The translations under genes were made by a program, and so were the position numbers. This document shows, piece after piece, positions 1 through 13,361 of a DNA stretch of 64,000 bases; position 1 is the stretch's first letter; each line of letters opens with the position of its first letter. The stretch is from Chrysomallon squamiferum (Eukaryota; Animalia; Mollusca). The stretch is from the NCBI GenBank assembly GCA_012295275.1, contig CM022665.1:10912001-10976000 (forward strand). The letters are read 5' to 3'. Below the pieces are notes generated by a model that saw nothing but the letters and a program-made list of their open reading frames with translations, did not search any database and was not told where the DNA came from.

Positions 1-229
1 AGCTCTGCCAGACACTGATGAACAAGAATGTTTTTGAATCTGTGAACTGTCGTCCGGTGGATGGCAAACATGTTTTTGAAGACAGTAATAGTAAGCTGTA
101 TCGTTTTCCTGGCTCTCTTGATGAGGACAAAGAAAACAAAGAATCTGATGAAGATCTCAATGAGAGTGAAGTGTGTATTTATGACCATGTAGAGGAGGTG
201 GAATATCTGAAGAAAGCAAAACCTCTGAG
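1..229 (+). CDS. DEPDC7: DEP domain-containing protein 7-like, exon (5'-truncated by window; end of DEP domain)
   Basis: The frame from nt 3 reads LCQTLMNKNVFESV...FEDSNSKLYRF, typical of the DEPDC1/4/7 DEP domain end. The donor AG|GTTAAT at 230 is phase 2 and fits the next exon. Confidence 0.85.
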
Positions 230-823
230 GTTAATGTTTGAAAATGTTTTAAAAGAATGTTATCTTTATTTTTCAAACTTCTTCATTGTAAAACAGTAGT
301 GTATTAAGTTATATTTTGTATTCTGAGATTACGTTTTTCAAAATTATTTGTTCTAAATAATGGAGTAGTTTTAGCAACAGTTGATAATTAGACACTTGTT
401 TTTCCAGTACCAACAAAAGTTAGATAACTTTTTAATTATTTTTTATACAGTTTTTTAAATAATCAGAATTTAATATTAAGTGATATACTATAATTTAAAT
501 GTTATGAAAAAAAGAAAAGAAATACAAACTCAGTATATATTTGAAGTTGTTTTAAGAAAAAGGATGCTTTTGTGCCTGTCACTTCAGTTGTTTTTTAATG
601 AAATATATTTACTTCTGAAGAAATTAATTGGTATAGGATTTTGTTAAAACTCGTTTATAAATTAAACATCTGTATCTTAATGTCTGTTTGCAAAATGTTA
701 ACCATAAACCTTTCCATGATGGCTTTTTTTAAATTATTTTTTTAGCATAATTTATGAAATGTTCTTTCTTTGTTTTTCTTATTTATTATATCCTTTTTAA
801 TAACAAATCTAAAATACATCCAG

Positions 824-1026
824 AGTGAATCCAGCTTTTGAACCTGATTTGAGTGGAGACAATACAATGTGCAACCCAGCCCTGGCTGGCAGATCAGGAT
901 CAGTGATGGAAGAGCTGATGAAGATAAGCAGCACAATTAAGTGTAAGAGTGCTATGTCTCTTGAACCTCGTCGATCTGATGCTAAGATGACACGCACTTC
1001 TGATAACCAGGATATTTCTCCAGAAG
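824..1026 (+). CDS. DEPDC7: DEPDC7-like exon (linker)
   Basis: Acceptor CAG at 821-823; reads VNPAFEPD...QDISPE; donor at 1027. Phases fit both neighbouring exons. Confidence 0.8.
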
Positions 1027-1302
1027 GTCTGTCCGAAAGCAGATTTCTTCAACTAGCGAAATTATACACAGATATTGAGAAGAAAATATTTAATAAAATA
1101 TTTTAATTTGTATTTAAGTTATGGTCAATATAGGAGGAATTTTGTTTTATCTTTTATTATCTTTTTTCATAATTGTCACCTGATTATAGTTATTTTTTTT
1201 GAAATAAATTATTTTATTTATATAATTACAATTTTGGAAATGATTTCATTTTAGTATAATTGTATCATTAAGAACATTTTTGGTCTTTTATAATTATTAT
1301 AG

Positions 1303-1835
1303 TGGTAGAGGAAACCTGGAAAGAAATAGCTTTAGCACAACTCTTGACCCTCATCGATGTTCCATTTCTTGATGGGGTACTTGGAGAAGAGAAAGAAAAC
1401 AAGAAACAAATGAGACGAAATCTTATCATCTCCAATGTTGTTGCTAAACACACCAACATGCCATTCCTTGGAGGAACTGAATTTGAGGATTCTGTGATGC
1501 ACACAGCATATGATTGCCTTGAATGTATTCCTAAGGGTACATTATTGTTGTCTGATGAAGTTATCAAACAAAGGGATGGACAAGCAAAAACGAAATTATT
1601 TTGGAAAATTGCTAAATATTATAATGATCTTCCCGAGCCACTGCTGCCTGAAAGATTTATAGATCTACATTTGGCAATCTTGACCTTGATTATGACACAG
1701 AAAGATAAGAATGCTCTAGAAGCTTTACAGCTGGATGTGATACTGTTGCCATGGTCAGTGCGCGAAGAGCTGCAGCGTCTGCTTCACTTCCTATCTGCCG
1801 TCTCAAATGACAGATCCTTTTCTCTTGATGTCCAG
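1303..1835 (+). CDS. DEPDC7: DEPDC7-like exon (RhoGAP-like region)
   Basis: Motifs WKEIALAQLLTLIDVPFLD, AYDCLECIP, IAKYYNDLPEPLL and ALQLDVILLPWSVREELQRLLHF. AG at 1301-1302; CAG|GTTAGT at 1836. The DCLE.IP motif favours DEPDC7/4 over DEPDC1. Confidence 0.9.
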
Positions 1836-1935
1836 GTTAGTGTGGAAATACTACTTTTACTGTTCTGGGATGTAAAAATACTACTCATTTTGTTGTGTGA
1901 TGTAAAAATATTACTTGTATTGTTCTAGGATGTGT
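1836..1935. repeat. ~30-bp minisatellite, about 3 copies, immediately after a DEPDC7 donor
   Basis: Repeated gatgtaaaaatactact...tgttct units. They explain the WDVKILLILLCDVKILL tail of the ORF-track translation. Confidence 0.7.
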
Positions 1936-2316
1936 TTGCTGTTTAGGTTAAGCCGTTGTTGAATATTGTATTTATGATGATTTATTAATAATATAGCTAT
2001 CAAATGTAGATTACTGAGAGAGAATATTTTAAAAAAATTAAATAATACATATAATCAATAATAGGGTTCCTTGAAATGTGCATGTGAGCATTTGATTGAA
2101 ACAATTACTAGTTCTATAGGCCCAAGCAGTGGCAGTAGAAAAATACAGATATATGTCAGCATATATTGAACAAGTCATACTTAAATTATACATTGTTCCT
2201 GAATTTTCTTTCACTCCTACTTCTTATAGTTGTAGTGATCACTTTGATTTTGAAATGTTTTTAAACATTTAATATAGTAGCTAACACATGTAATTAAATA
2301 TCAACTTCTTTTACAG

Positions 2317-2518
2317 GACTCTAACAAAACAATTGTTCTGAAAGTCTACTGTGATGCCATTCTCAAACACAAGCTCCTCACAAGCAGTGTGGCAGCAGAA
2401 TTTATTCAGTTCTTATTGTCTCACAATCGAGAAATCTTCAATGTCCCTCGAAATATCCGAGAGAAAGTTTCACTTAGACTCTACAAGTTGAAGCATGGTG
2501 ACTGCATGCCACTCTATG
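2317..2518 (+). CDS. DEPDC7: DEPDC7-like exon
   Basis: TTACAG| then DSNKTIVLKVYCDAIL...FLLSHNREIFNVP...CMPLY then |GTAAGT. 202 nt, phase 0 to phase 1. Confidence 0.9.
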
Positions 2519-3341
2519 GTAAGTAATTTAATGTAAATCTGCCTTGAATATATTTCAGAGAAAGTTTCTCATTGATAATACAAGCTGGAACTTGATGATA
2601 ACATACTCTAATATTTTATTTTGTCTCAAATTATTTGAGAACATTGCCTTCCAGTTCTGTTGTAAGCTGTACCTTTGTATGAATTTTTTTTTTTTTTTTT
2701 TTTTTGGAATAAGATTAGTATGTCATTTTATTGTAATTTATTTAAATTTATAATGTAAAATAATAGTTACCTTTTTTTTTGGTGTACATTTTTACAAATT
2801 TTGGCTTATATATAAAATTACAATTTTTTCCAAACTGTTTGCTATGGGTATGTATGTTGTCAAGTTTACCAGTTTCCAATTACTCTAGAACTTAAAAAAT
2901 AGTTACTGTATGCCACTGTATGTGTTAATTTATAATGTAAGTTAATACTAGTCTTTTTTTTTTTCTTCTTTGCTTCTAATCTGTATTGCCAATTTTTTAG
3001 AATATAATTATAATTGATTTATACTTGTGCAACATATTATTACTAAAAAAATGCTGTATTTTCTCAAATTCTTACTGCCTTTTTGTTTTTATGGTATAAC
3101 AGGTGAAATATTTAAGTTGATAGCTTCAGAACGTATTGTTTGTTCGGATAAATGTTTTTTTTTTTTTTTTTAATTTTACTATTTTTCATTAGCATGGCTG
3201 TATTATGTGATAAATATCAAAACTTGATTTATTTTTAAAATTATTATTATTATTATGGGTTTTTTTGTGTTTTCTTCTTGTTTGTGTGTTTGTGTGTGTG
3301 GTTTTTTTTTTTATAATTGAAACATGGATTTTAACCTTCAG

Positions 3342-3541
3342 AATCAACATACTGTAACCGGATATCAAAGGAGGAGTATCAGCGACAGTCAGAGGAGTGT
3401 ACTCAAAGCAGTCTCATAGAAATGATTAACTCAGTGCTTGATGATGTCAACACCCCACTGAAAGACAAGAAATTACGACTGAGACAATTTCAGAAATATT
3501 ACCCAAATATCTATGAAAGATACTTTCAGGGCATGATCTAA
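3342..3541 (+). CDS. DEPDC7: DEPDC7-like terminal coding exon
   Basis: Reads STYCNRISKEEYQRQ...KKLRLRQFQKYYPNIYERYFQGMI*, the family C-terminal motif. TAA at 3539-3541. Confidence 0.9.
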
Positions 3542-6500
3542 ATTCCTTTTCTTTTCTCTCTCTGTCAGTTTTATTCTATTTCTTTTCTTTTATTTATGCT
3601 TGATTTGTAATTCATCATCATCATTTTTCTTCTTTTTTTCTATTGCATATTTTTAAAAACTGGTTAGTAATTTTAATTGTAGAATAGAAAAGTAGAATAC
3701 ATAAAATCAGATGAATAATATCTTAAACTGAATGTAATTACTGGAGTACATACTGAATTACATAATCGTTATTCACACTGAATGTCAAAGAAAAGTTTGA
3801 AATGTAGTCTTTCATAACTGTCTTTCAGTTTTAAGGCTTTTGCCTGTTACTTGAAACTGTTTGTATTAATTATTTACATATCGTGGTTCATCTTTTTTTT
3901 ATATGAAGTAATAATCTTATTTTCATAACAGTAATAATTCAGAATGATGTATATTAATAACAAAACAAATTTGCTTTACACAGGTTTATTACATAATGTT
4001 AAATAAAATTACAGTTTGAACTTTTGAAGATTTGCTTGCAAGATATATCTCAGGGACATAATAACAGTTTCAGAGTTTTCATTATTTAGTCGCACTAACG
4101 ATAATACTTTCATATTCTTTCAAGAGTCTGGACATTTCTGCTGCCAAATAATGCAAACATCTTTCTTTCCATAGTCAGAGTAAAGGGAAAGAGTAATAAA
4201 GCAAAATATTACTATCCTACAAAATAGAGCGAATTATTTTTATAAATATCCTGTAATTGTTCAGAAATCACTGGTAAATTATTAGTGAAGCTGTGTGCTT
4301 TATGTTCAAATAAGTCAATTCAGTTTCTTGATCTCACCATACTTGATTAAAACATTTTGAAATGTGCAATAATTAATGCATTTTTGTAAATGTTTTTTTT
4401 TAATCTATATACAGCTTTATCCAATTTTTAAATTTTAAGTTGACTTAATGAAGCTTTCTGTGAAAGCATATTAATATCAATTTTAAAATGTTTTGATATA
4501 GTTATATGAATTATTGTTAAATTATACAAAATATTACACATCAAACAAAAATTCAAATTGTTATTATTATTTTGGATGGCTAACAAGAATGAAAAGTGTA
4601 TTTGTGGAATAATGTGTCACATATATTACTCATTTTTTTAGTGCTATGTACATGTGTAAATAAACATGATGTCATTTCTTTTTATTTTATATATGTATCA
4701 GGGTGTTCACTAATGCTCACAGAAGATCACTGTTTTTGCTATTTGGACTTCTCCAAAATACTTAAAATCTGCCATCATTTTCTCTTTTATGTCACAAATT
4801 GTCTCTAAGTTTTGCATTTGTTATATTTTAAAAGTATTGTGAATTGATGTACATTCATTTATCATTTTCTTTTCAGTGTTTAAATTATTTGAACACCGTT
4901 ATTTATTTCTATTACTCCATATCCATTCTCTAAAGCTTTTTTTGTGGGGTTTTTTTTTTTTTTTTTTTTAACATTTTTTTAAAGATTCTGATTATAAATT
5001 ATGCTTTGAAAATGTCTACATTTTTAAAACATTTTATGGATTTTGAATTTTAACAAAGTTAAACAAAAACAATTATTTTATTATATTTTTTATTCTCCCC
5101 CACCAATATTTTTGTTTTGGTAGGGCTGGACCCTATTATTTTAAGATTTGACAAAAAAATATATAGCTAAACTAGTACCATTTTCTTTTTCTATTCTACA
5201 CATTTAATTATTATCATTCACAATATTTATATTTATTTGTAAATATTCTTGTTCATTGTTTACAAGAAACATGTATATAATAAAATAATGAAAATATGAC
5301 TGTTTTTGTTTGTTCAGTTGTTGGAACGTGCACTTGGAATTTAAAGAAAATATTTCAGTAATATCTTTTTAAAAAAACTTCATAACAAGTTAAGAAACCC
5401 AACAGTTAAAATATAAATTTTCTTCTGTACACAAAAAACGTTTTGTGAGGATTTGAAATAGTGATGATATTATTGTTTGTTATTGTTATTTGTTATTGAT
5501 CTAAAATCAGACATGTATGATTTAGGAAGAGAAAATGAATTTTTAAAAATATAAAAATTTCTGTTTATCAACTATTAAAAGTGACACAAAATATCATTCA
5601 CTGTTGTGGATGTTGTTCTAAATAAAAATATAAATTTAATGACATTAAAAATATCCTATAAAAAAAACTGGCTTTGAAATGAGCATAATCCTCAGAATCG
5701 TTAAAAAGTATTTCTATATCAGTGTATTTACAGCAGCTTAAAATTATATTTATATATATATATCCTTAAAATATTGGTAAACACGTCTTTGTCAACATTT
5801 CATTATATTTCCATAGTGGGTAATTTACAGTATCAGATTTTATATATATATATATATATATATATACTGGTTGTCTCGGGCAGTTTAATTTTTTTCTTTT
5901 TTTTAATTTTATTATTTGATTTTATATTTTATTTTCATTATACAGAGGGAAGTCTGGCAGTCCTTGTTTCGTTCAATGAATATATATATATATATATATA
6001 TAAAAAATAACAATCATTTTTAGTTATGAGCAAGAGTTTCTGAATTCTTACCTGCTATTATATCTGCCGTTAAAGAGAAGCTCTTATTTTATAAATTGGC
6101 AACACTTAAAAGTGATAGATTTTTGCCCTAATATCTTTACTGGCAATAAAACAAGTGAAAAAGGCAAATGTAGACTGCTTTATTATAAGACATTATTTTG
6201 TCCTTAAAAACTTACACCAATATAATAAAAAATAATATTTTTATGGCAGCTTTATTGATTTTACCTATTTTCATTCATTACCTTATCTCTATTTAGACAT
6301 TAATTTTATTGTGTGTCGCTATATGTGTGCATTTGTGCACAACTTCACAGCAACCTCATAAAAATGTGTGGTTATTTTCTCTCTCATGCATTTACATATA
6401 TAAACATAATAAAACTCCCCTTCAGTACATTACTTCATAATTAATTAAAATATAAAATTAAATATATATCAACATAATAGATTATTATTAAGTAAATATC

Positions 6501-6785
6501 CAGTACGAAAGAAAAAACAAACAAAATAAAGAACTGGTAATATATATAAATCAATATATCTGATTTTAACTTAATAAAAACAAATTAAACCTTATTGTGA
6601 TCACTATTAAAAATACAAAACAAAAAAACCCCCATGCATACACATAATAGAAATATAACAGGTTTGATAATGTGCATTCAGTGGTGACACCTCAGTAATA
6701 CTGTTAGGTTGTGTCACTGTGACTGTTTATCAAGAGGTATAGTATGCACACAATACTTAAGCCAAATGTTTGCCTGCTTGGATCA

Positions 6786-6797
6786 GTGACCAGTAAC
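6786..6797. promoter_or_regulatory. Candidate RFX X-box upstream of the divergent ODF3-like gene
   Basis: GTGACCAGTAAC matches GTNRCC(N0-3)RGYAAC. It lies ~170 bp before a candidate first-exon donor (AG|GTATGC, 6963). Confidence 0.4.
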
Positions 6798-7426
6798 TAA
6801 TAGAAACCACAGCGCAATGAATCAGTATCTTCTATACATGTCCATGCTTGTCTATGCACAGATTTCACAACATACAAAAGAGTCACATACACTAATGTAC
6901 AATTATTAAGTCTGTATTGATCTAGTTACTTTTGGAACAGCTATGGTTTATTGAAGGAACAGGTATGCATTATTACACTGAATAATTTCTGGTGGTTTCT
7001 CTGTGAAATGGCTAAGATATACATATGTAAAATAGTATTTATTAACTAATATTTGAAGAACACATTTAGCACATTTCCAGGTTAGTTTTATTTGTTGTTA
7101 GAGATCCAACATATTTTAGTCACTATGTATGACAGTTTTAAAAAGAAAATGTTTTTATGAAAGTGGATTAAAGCTGACATTTTTTCTCAGCCCTGAGCAG
7201 TCAAAAAAGTATTAATGTCTCCTGTATTTCAATAAAATATATCGACCAGCATTTTAAAACAGAATTTCAGCAATCACATCACAGTAACATTGCCATTTTA
7301 TAATTACTGAAGCCTATTTTCATTTATTTCAGATACAAAACAAGATCAAGGCTTCTGAGAAAACCAAACAGGTTTGTCTAAATTCAACATTACTGATATC
7401 AATGTCTTAGATTCATTTTCTTCATC

Positions 7427-7945
7427 ATGATAGGATTAAACAAAGTGGGTAATAGAAAGTTGGATGACATCTATGCTGATGAGCCCCAATTTTATCCACA
7501 ACCTAAACATGCAGCATCAGCTGATGATATGAACCAAACCAGAACTACAAGACCTCAGAAATCCCTTTACAGGATTCCTGGTCCAGCTGAATATAATATT
7601 TGTAACAGTAACATGAAAAATGGACCGTCTGCTTCATTCTACAAACGTACTGTTCCATTTGAATTACTGGCAAATCACAATGGGATTGTATATTGCAAAG
7701 AACCTGATGGATGTTCAGTCAGTCAATTCACAGGGGATAATGAGCGGGGTAAATCATATTCTTTAACAGGACGAAATTATCCATGTCAGTCAAGGACAAA
7801 TACTCCTGGACCATGTTACAATATCCATGATGTCACTCGAAAAGGAAAAATTCCTGGTTATCAGAATTTTTGGCCAAGTTTTGATTATTCAGATGGCTGG
7901 CGTCATCAGCAGGCTAGATTTGCTGTTACGGATAATGATAATTAG
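7427..7945 (+). CDS. Divergent ODF3/SHIPPO-1-like (PG-rich repeat) protein, 172 aa, single coding exon
   Basis: Uninterrupted ATG-TAG ORF in very AT-rich DNA. It carries SHIPPO-type motifs IPGPAEY, SYSLTGR and TPGPCYNIHDVTRKGK, which resemble the neighbouring ODF3 genes. Confidence 0.65.
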   Translation: MIGLNKVGNRKLDDIYADEPQFYPQPKHAASADDMNQTRTTRPQKSLYRIPGPAEYNICNSNMKNGPSASFYKRTVPFELLANHNGIVYCKEPDGCSVSQFTGDNERGKSYSLTGRNYPCQSRTNTPGPCYNIHDVTRKGKIPGYQNFWPSFDYSDGWRHQQARFAVTDNDN

Positions 7946-8169
7946 AATATGACTGATTATTTTTAAAACTTTGAGTGTATAATTAAGTAAATGAATATAA
8001 TTATAAATATAAAATGCCTTCTCTCTCAGTCTGTGTGTGTGTGTGTGTGATTTTGGCTTGTTACCAATAGTATCTTTATTTTCAAAATTTTATAAAATGT
8101 GAAAAGCTGTAGTAAATATATATTTCTTTATTTATTTGCATTGTCTAATATTTCCACATAGTTTATAAT

Positions 8170-8370
8170 AAGTGAAACATTAACAACAGTGAATTAAACT
8201 AAGTAATAAGTGGAACATTAACAACAATCAATTAAACTAATGAATGAAATATTAACAACAGTGAATTAAACTGTAATATGTTAAATGTTAACATTAAATT
8301 AAACTATGTAGTATGTTAAATGCTAACAGTGTGTAATATATTAATCATCAATATATTAAATATTAACTGA
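8170..8370. repeat. Degenerate minisatellite (aacattaacaacagtgaattaaact-like)
   Basis: About 4-5 visible units of ~30-40 bp. Confidence 0.6.
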
Positions 8371-9677
8371 AATATATTACTGATGGCGAAAATTATTTTC
8401 AAGATGAAATTAATTTCATTATAAGGATAAAACATGGTTGGGAAATTCAAACCGAAAATAATGGAAGAAAAATAATAATCAGGTAAATATTATTTTGGGT
8501 ACAACTTTCAAAATTAGTTTCATTTAAAATAAAAAAAATAAAAAGAAGAAGAAGAGGCAGAAGAAAAAAGTAAAGTAAAAGAAAAAACACTAAATAAAGA
8601 AAGAATTGGTCACTTATATATAAATTAATATACCTGATATTAACTTAATAGAAACAAATTAAACCTGATTGTGATGATCATAACTTTCAAAATAAAATCA
8701 ATTTAATTATTAAGGAAAATCAAAATATTTGTTTGATCACGTTCTCCGTGCTGGACATCTGATCAGATTTTTTTTAAACAAATTGCGATGAATTTATTGA
8801 AAATATTGCGTAAAGTAATATGCAGTGTATCATTCACTGTGTGGAAGCGCGTATCCAGAATATGTTTTAATTTGGTGGCCACCCAGTTTGCATGAAACGT
8901 TCCTGTGTTTGAGAAACCAGAAATTTAGCTACGTATGCACTGTAGTGTCAATATAAATAAATGTTGAAAGCCAGTCGACAAGCGCTAGTGACAGCTAGTA
9001 AACTGGGCGATGACCTGGTTGAACTTTTGGCAATTATTCCGAAGTGGCAGAAACCATTACAAGTAAAGGGGAGCAATCAGTTCGTTTTTCATTCCTTTTT
9101 TTTTTTTTTTAAATATGTAATTAACGTTTATTAAATATGTTGTTGTTTTTGTTTCTTTAAGATAGCGCTCCTTTTTGTTGAAGTAACAGTTCGCTTCTCA
9201 TTCTTGGAAAATTGTAACTTTTTTCGGGAATTATAGCTGTGTATCCCATGATAAGCTATATAGTCATTAAGTAACACTATACTTTACGCTTAAGATGACC
9301 AAACCTGTCTTTGTAATGACAACATTCACAAAAAATTGTTGACTTACTGAGTACCGGAATATTTCTACAGATATAAAGTTTATCATTAATTTGAACAGTT
9401 AGAAATCATTCGTTTTTGTAATGTGCAAAGGAATTAAAGAAGAAATTGAACATAATAAAGTTAATGCCTGTCGTTACACGTCTTTTTAAAAAGACAATAA
9501 ATATATCTAAATTAGCTATCTTCAGTATTTTATTTATTTGCTCAAAGTAACAGAATACAGTGAATTATGCAATCATACCAAAAAATGTATTAACTTTCCA
9601 TGATACCAAAGTGAAATAAATCAACAAAAAGGAAACCCCCCCAAAAAAAAAAACAGCTACGTCTGAAATAATAATTA

Positions 9678-10483
9678 CCGTATATACTTGTGTATAAGTC
9701 GAATTTTTGGGAGACTATATTAAGGTAATATTTTGGGGGTCGACTTATACATAGGTAATGCTTTTGTAGCTGTTGCTGAAGAGTCGCCATTTTGACTATT
9801 TTTTGCTACGGGATGCATCTAAAATAATCGCGGTCTTTCAGCTTTTCAAAAATATAATTATATCGTATAAAACATTTTGAAAAATTAAATAACAAAACCA
9901 AATATGAATGTAAAACATGATATTCTTCCGTTTAATGACATAAAAATACATTTTAAAGTGAGAAAACCGACAGTACGGCGTTATGCCTTACGGCGTCTTG
10001 CAATGATCTAGGAATGCAGACTTCTTTGCCAAATTGCACTAAATATCGGTCCTAATTTCATAAACAAAACTCACTTGTGTAATTGTAAAGAATTTGGTGA
10101 AATAATATTGCAATTGTCATTAATATCCACTACCGACAAATCGAAAACAAACTAAATTTCTATAAATGTTCTGCAACAAAAATCAGTTCAACTTCTCGCC
10201 ATATTTGAGATACTGTTTAGGATACATTTAGGCTATAGCTCGTGTAATACATGCATTTACGTTATTATGGTATGTTCGTGCAAGTTACAGCTCGTGCAAG
10301 TTATGTTACAGTAGGCGTACAATGTAGGCCTTCATGGCACTGTCACACTGGTCTAAAAATAGTGACGGTGCCTGGAATCTACAGTCGACTGATACACAAG
10401 TAATACCTAAAATGACGCAATTTTTAGTCTTAAAATACACATCGACTTATACATAAGGTCGCCTTGTACACAAGTATATACGG
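9678..10483. mobile_element. Non-autonomous Tc2/pogo-type (Tc1/mariner superfamily) DNA transposon, 806 bp
   Basis: TIRs CCGTATATACTTGTGTA (17 bp perfect, 23/25 overall), TA on both flanks, and internal/subterminal (G)TCGACTTATAC repeats near 9739, 10385 and 10442. No transposase ORF. Confidence 0.85.
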
Positions 10484-10892
10484 TATATCGTATATGTGTG
10501 TATCTATCTGTGTGTCTGTGCGTAATTTCAAAATGTTGCTCAGAATATGGGAGATCGGATCTCCCAAAATATAGTATATTTTAGCTTTATAATGCTGTGA
10601 TTACCAACATACTGGTCCAGCCTCTGGGGGTAAGATGTATATTAGCATTAATTTATTGTTTTGGAATATGGTATCTATTCAAAGATCTTAAGAATTTTTT
10701 CATGATATAAATCTGTTTCATGCTGTTTAGAAGTAATCGGGGATTATTATTCTAAGTACGTGAAAGATTTAGACACAGCAAGGCCCTAGGCGAAGGGAAA
10801 TTGTAGAGACTATTTTTAATAGTTATTCACACAACTAATAATAAATTTGGCAGGAACCGTCAACATGTTCGACAAATTAACCCAAGGCTAAG

Positions 10893-10905
10893 GTTGCTTG
10901 GTTAC
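10893..10905. promoter_or_regulatory. Candidate RFX X-box upstream of ODF3-A
   Basis: GTTGCTTGGTTAC; its reverse complement GTAACC-A-AGCAAC is an exact GTNRCC(N)RGYAAC match. It sits in a CpG-retaining region ahead of a strong donor GTG|GTAAGT at 11450 (likely a non-coding first exon). Confidence 0.55.
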
Positions 10906-11475
10906 AAGCATAATAACATTCCTTTTCGAGAAACATAAAGATAAAACTGCAAAATACAACTTTTCCCATTTCGATTGTTTTTAATCGGATTACGTTAAAT
11001 AAATTATGAGTTAAATATAAATTATATTAAAATTATAACAAACAAAAATGTAATCTTTGATTTTGGGAGGTCTTTCAGACTACGTGATGATCTAAAGTTT
11101 CAAACTGTAGCTTGTTTACGCTTATGCCTAAACCCGGCCCTATTCCAAACGATCAAAATAACACGTTATACAACTATGAATTATTGCCTTCGTACTGCCG
11201 ATTGCACTCTGTTCTAAATAGAATGTTCGCGATTGTTCTCTGAGTTGTGTCCCTTGTAACCAGGACAAACGTTCTCGACCATTCAGAAGCACGCATAGGA
11301 GTCACATGGCCTTATCTCTGGGTATCCATGTTTATAGAGTAAACTAAAACAATTGTTGTCGAGACCAACTGTCCTTAGCAATATAATTTGTTAGGGTTTT
11401 TTAGACTTAGACGCCAGCGTTCACTTACTTCTCTAAGCTTAGTAACGTGGTAAGTAGAAATCTACGAAAATGTAA

Positions 11476-11531
<56 letters not shown>

Positions 11532-11755
11532 AAAACAAATAATAAATAAAATAATAAGTAGTTAAACTTAAAGCATTTATTTTAAGTGGGTTTTTTTTTA
11601 CAGAAATTTTCAGAAAAACAGGTAAGTACTTATTATTATATATACGATTTTTATTTGTTAGCACATCATTAAATCCGTTCTAAAACATGCTGAATAATGT
11701 TTTAAAATTGTATATAAACTTGTTATTTGACTTGTAAAAATCTATACGATTCTCG

Positions 11756-11792
<37 letters not shown>

Positions 11793-12754
11793 AAAAACGA
11801 TTAGTAAGGGTAGATATTTGGCCGTAAAATAGAATCACTATAATTTCTTTTCTTCCCCCCCCCTTTTTTATGGCGATCGTTTGTTTTACCATGTATCATC
11901 ATTTAAACTAGGTATTAGATTTTGTGTAACTAATTTGCTTGTTTTCTTGATCTGTTGATTTATTGATTGACTACTACTTATTGATGATTATTATTACTGC
12001 TGACCAGAATACTGTGTACTTATTTATAAATATTAATCTTGTATAAGCCTTTTTATAAAAATGTTTGAAATAATAATTTCCCCCTCTCTCTCTCTCACAC
12101 ACACACAGAAAGCTTCCACAAAAATCATCGTGTACACTCATTTCCAGCATTTCCATTTCAGAAACATTTCATCAAAGACCTATATTAAAGAAAAATGAAT
12201 ATTGTTAAAACTTAAGTCTCTCACCCAATTTTTTTTTTTTTTTTTTTTTAGATCTTAACTGACATCACTACCTACTGAGTATTAAAATGTACTAAACTGT
12301 TGCCTTCAGCTTTAAACTTATAACAATGTTTTAGAAATCTTATTTGTTTTTACGTAGGTTAGTGAATACATTCAAACGATGTGGAAAAGGACAATAATAT
12401 TGTCAGATAATTGTTAAAAAAATACAAAAACACAACTGTCATTCATTACTTTAATTATTATTTTAATTTATATAAAATAATTTAATCTTTATTATATAAT
12501 TATATATATATATATATTATTTTCTTATCTATTTTTTTTTTTTTTTTTTTTTACATTGTCTGATATTTGAAATTATTTTCTTCTATAAATATATTTTTTT
12601 TGTTCTTTCTTTCCTTTCTTTTTATTATTTTGAATTTCATTTATAATTATTATTATGATTATTATTATTTCATTTTTATTTCACAACTGTGACTGAAAAC
12701 ATTTCACATTTATTGACAAAAATTTCCCTTTCACTAATCTGTTCCAGATACACA

Positions 12755-13181
12755 ATGGCATGCAAATGTGAAGTTACCCCATCAACATGGCAGCCTACAA
12801 AACCAAGGGGTCCTATTGCTGCCATGTATGCCAGTCCTGGACCTCAGTATCAGCTTCCTGGTTTGGTGGGAGGTCGGGACCATGATCCTCGAAGTGTTCA
12901 CAACAAACGACCCATTTATTCCTTTGGAATTCGTCATGGCAAGTTCACTGATGACAGCAGCCCTGGCCCTGCTTATTACCCTGACTCCAAGATATATCGT
13001 GATGGAAAAGATGGAACTCCTCATTATTCACTCCACAGTCGACACAAGGATTTCACACTTGCCCAGACCCCAGGACCAGGTGCCTACCGACCAGAAAGTG
13101 CTGGGCCTACTGCTGCCCATTCTGCACCAAAGTATTCCTTTGGAAGTCGACACAGAAACCGAGGAACTGATCAAACTCCGG
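12755..13181 (+). CDS. ODF3: ODF3-A (outer dense fiber protein 3 / SHIPPO-1 / CIMAP1-like), coding exon 1
   Basis: Acceptor CAG at 12745-12747 and ATG at 12755. Reads KPRGPIAAMYASPGPQY...SFGIRH...SPGPAYY...RDGKDGTPHYS...TPGPGAY. Donor at 13182. Confidence 0.93.
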
Positions 13182-13361
13182 GTATGTTAAAAATTTTAAA
13201 AAAAATATATAAAAAAAAAAAAAATTGTTCGTGAGCTATCACTTGGGTGCATCCATTGCTGTTGTAGTAGTTAATACTTAGCATGTTTATTATTATTGTT
13301 GTTGTTGTTGTTGTTGTTTTCATCATCATCATAATAATACTCATGGCACATATTTTTTTAG

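Noticed and set aside
12768-13190. Long +1-frame ORF overlapping exon 1 in both ODF3 paralogues (also 26626-27021), plus antisense ORFs
   Set aside because: Stops in the +1 frame need NTA/NTG codons (Leu/Ile/Val/Met), which are scarce in this Pro/Gly/Ser/Tyr-rich protein. The starts are GTG, and the similarity between the two ORFs is a by-product of the main frame.
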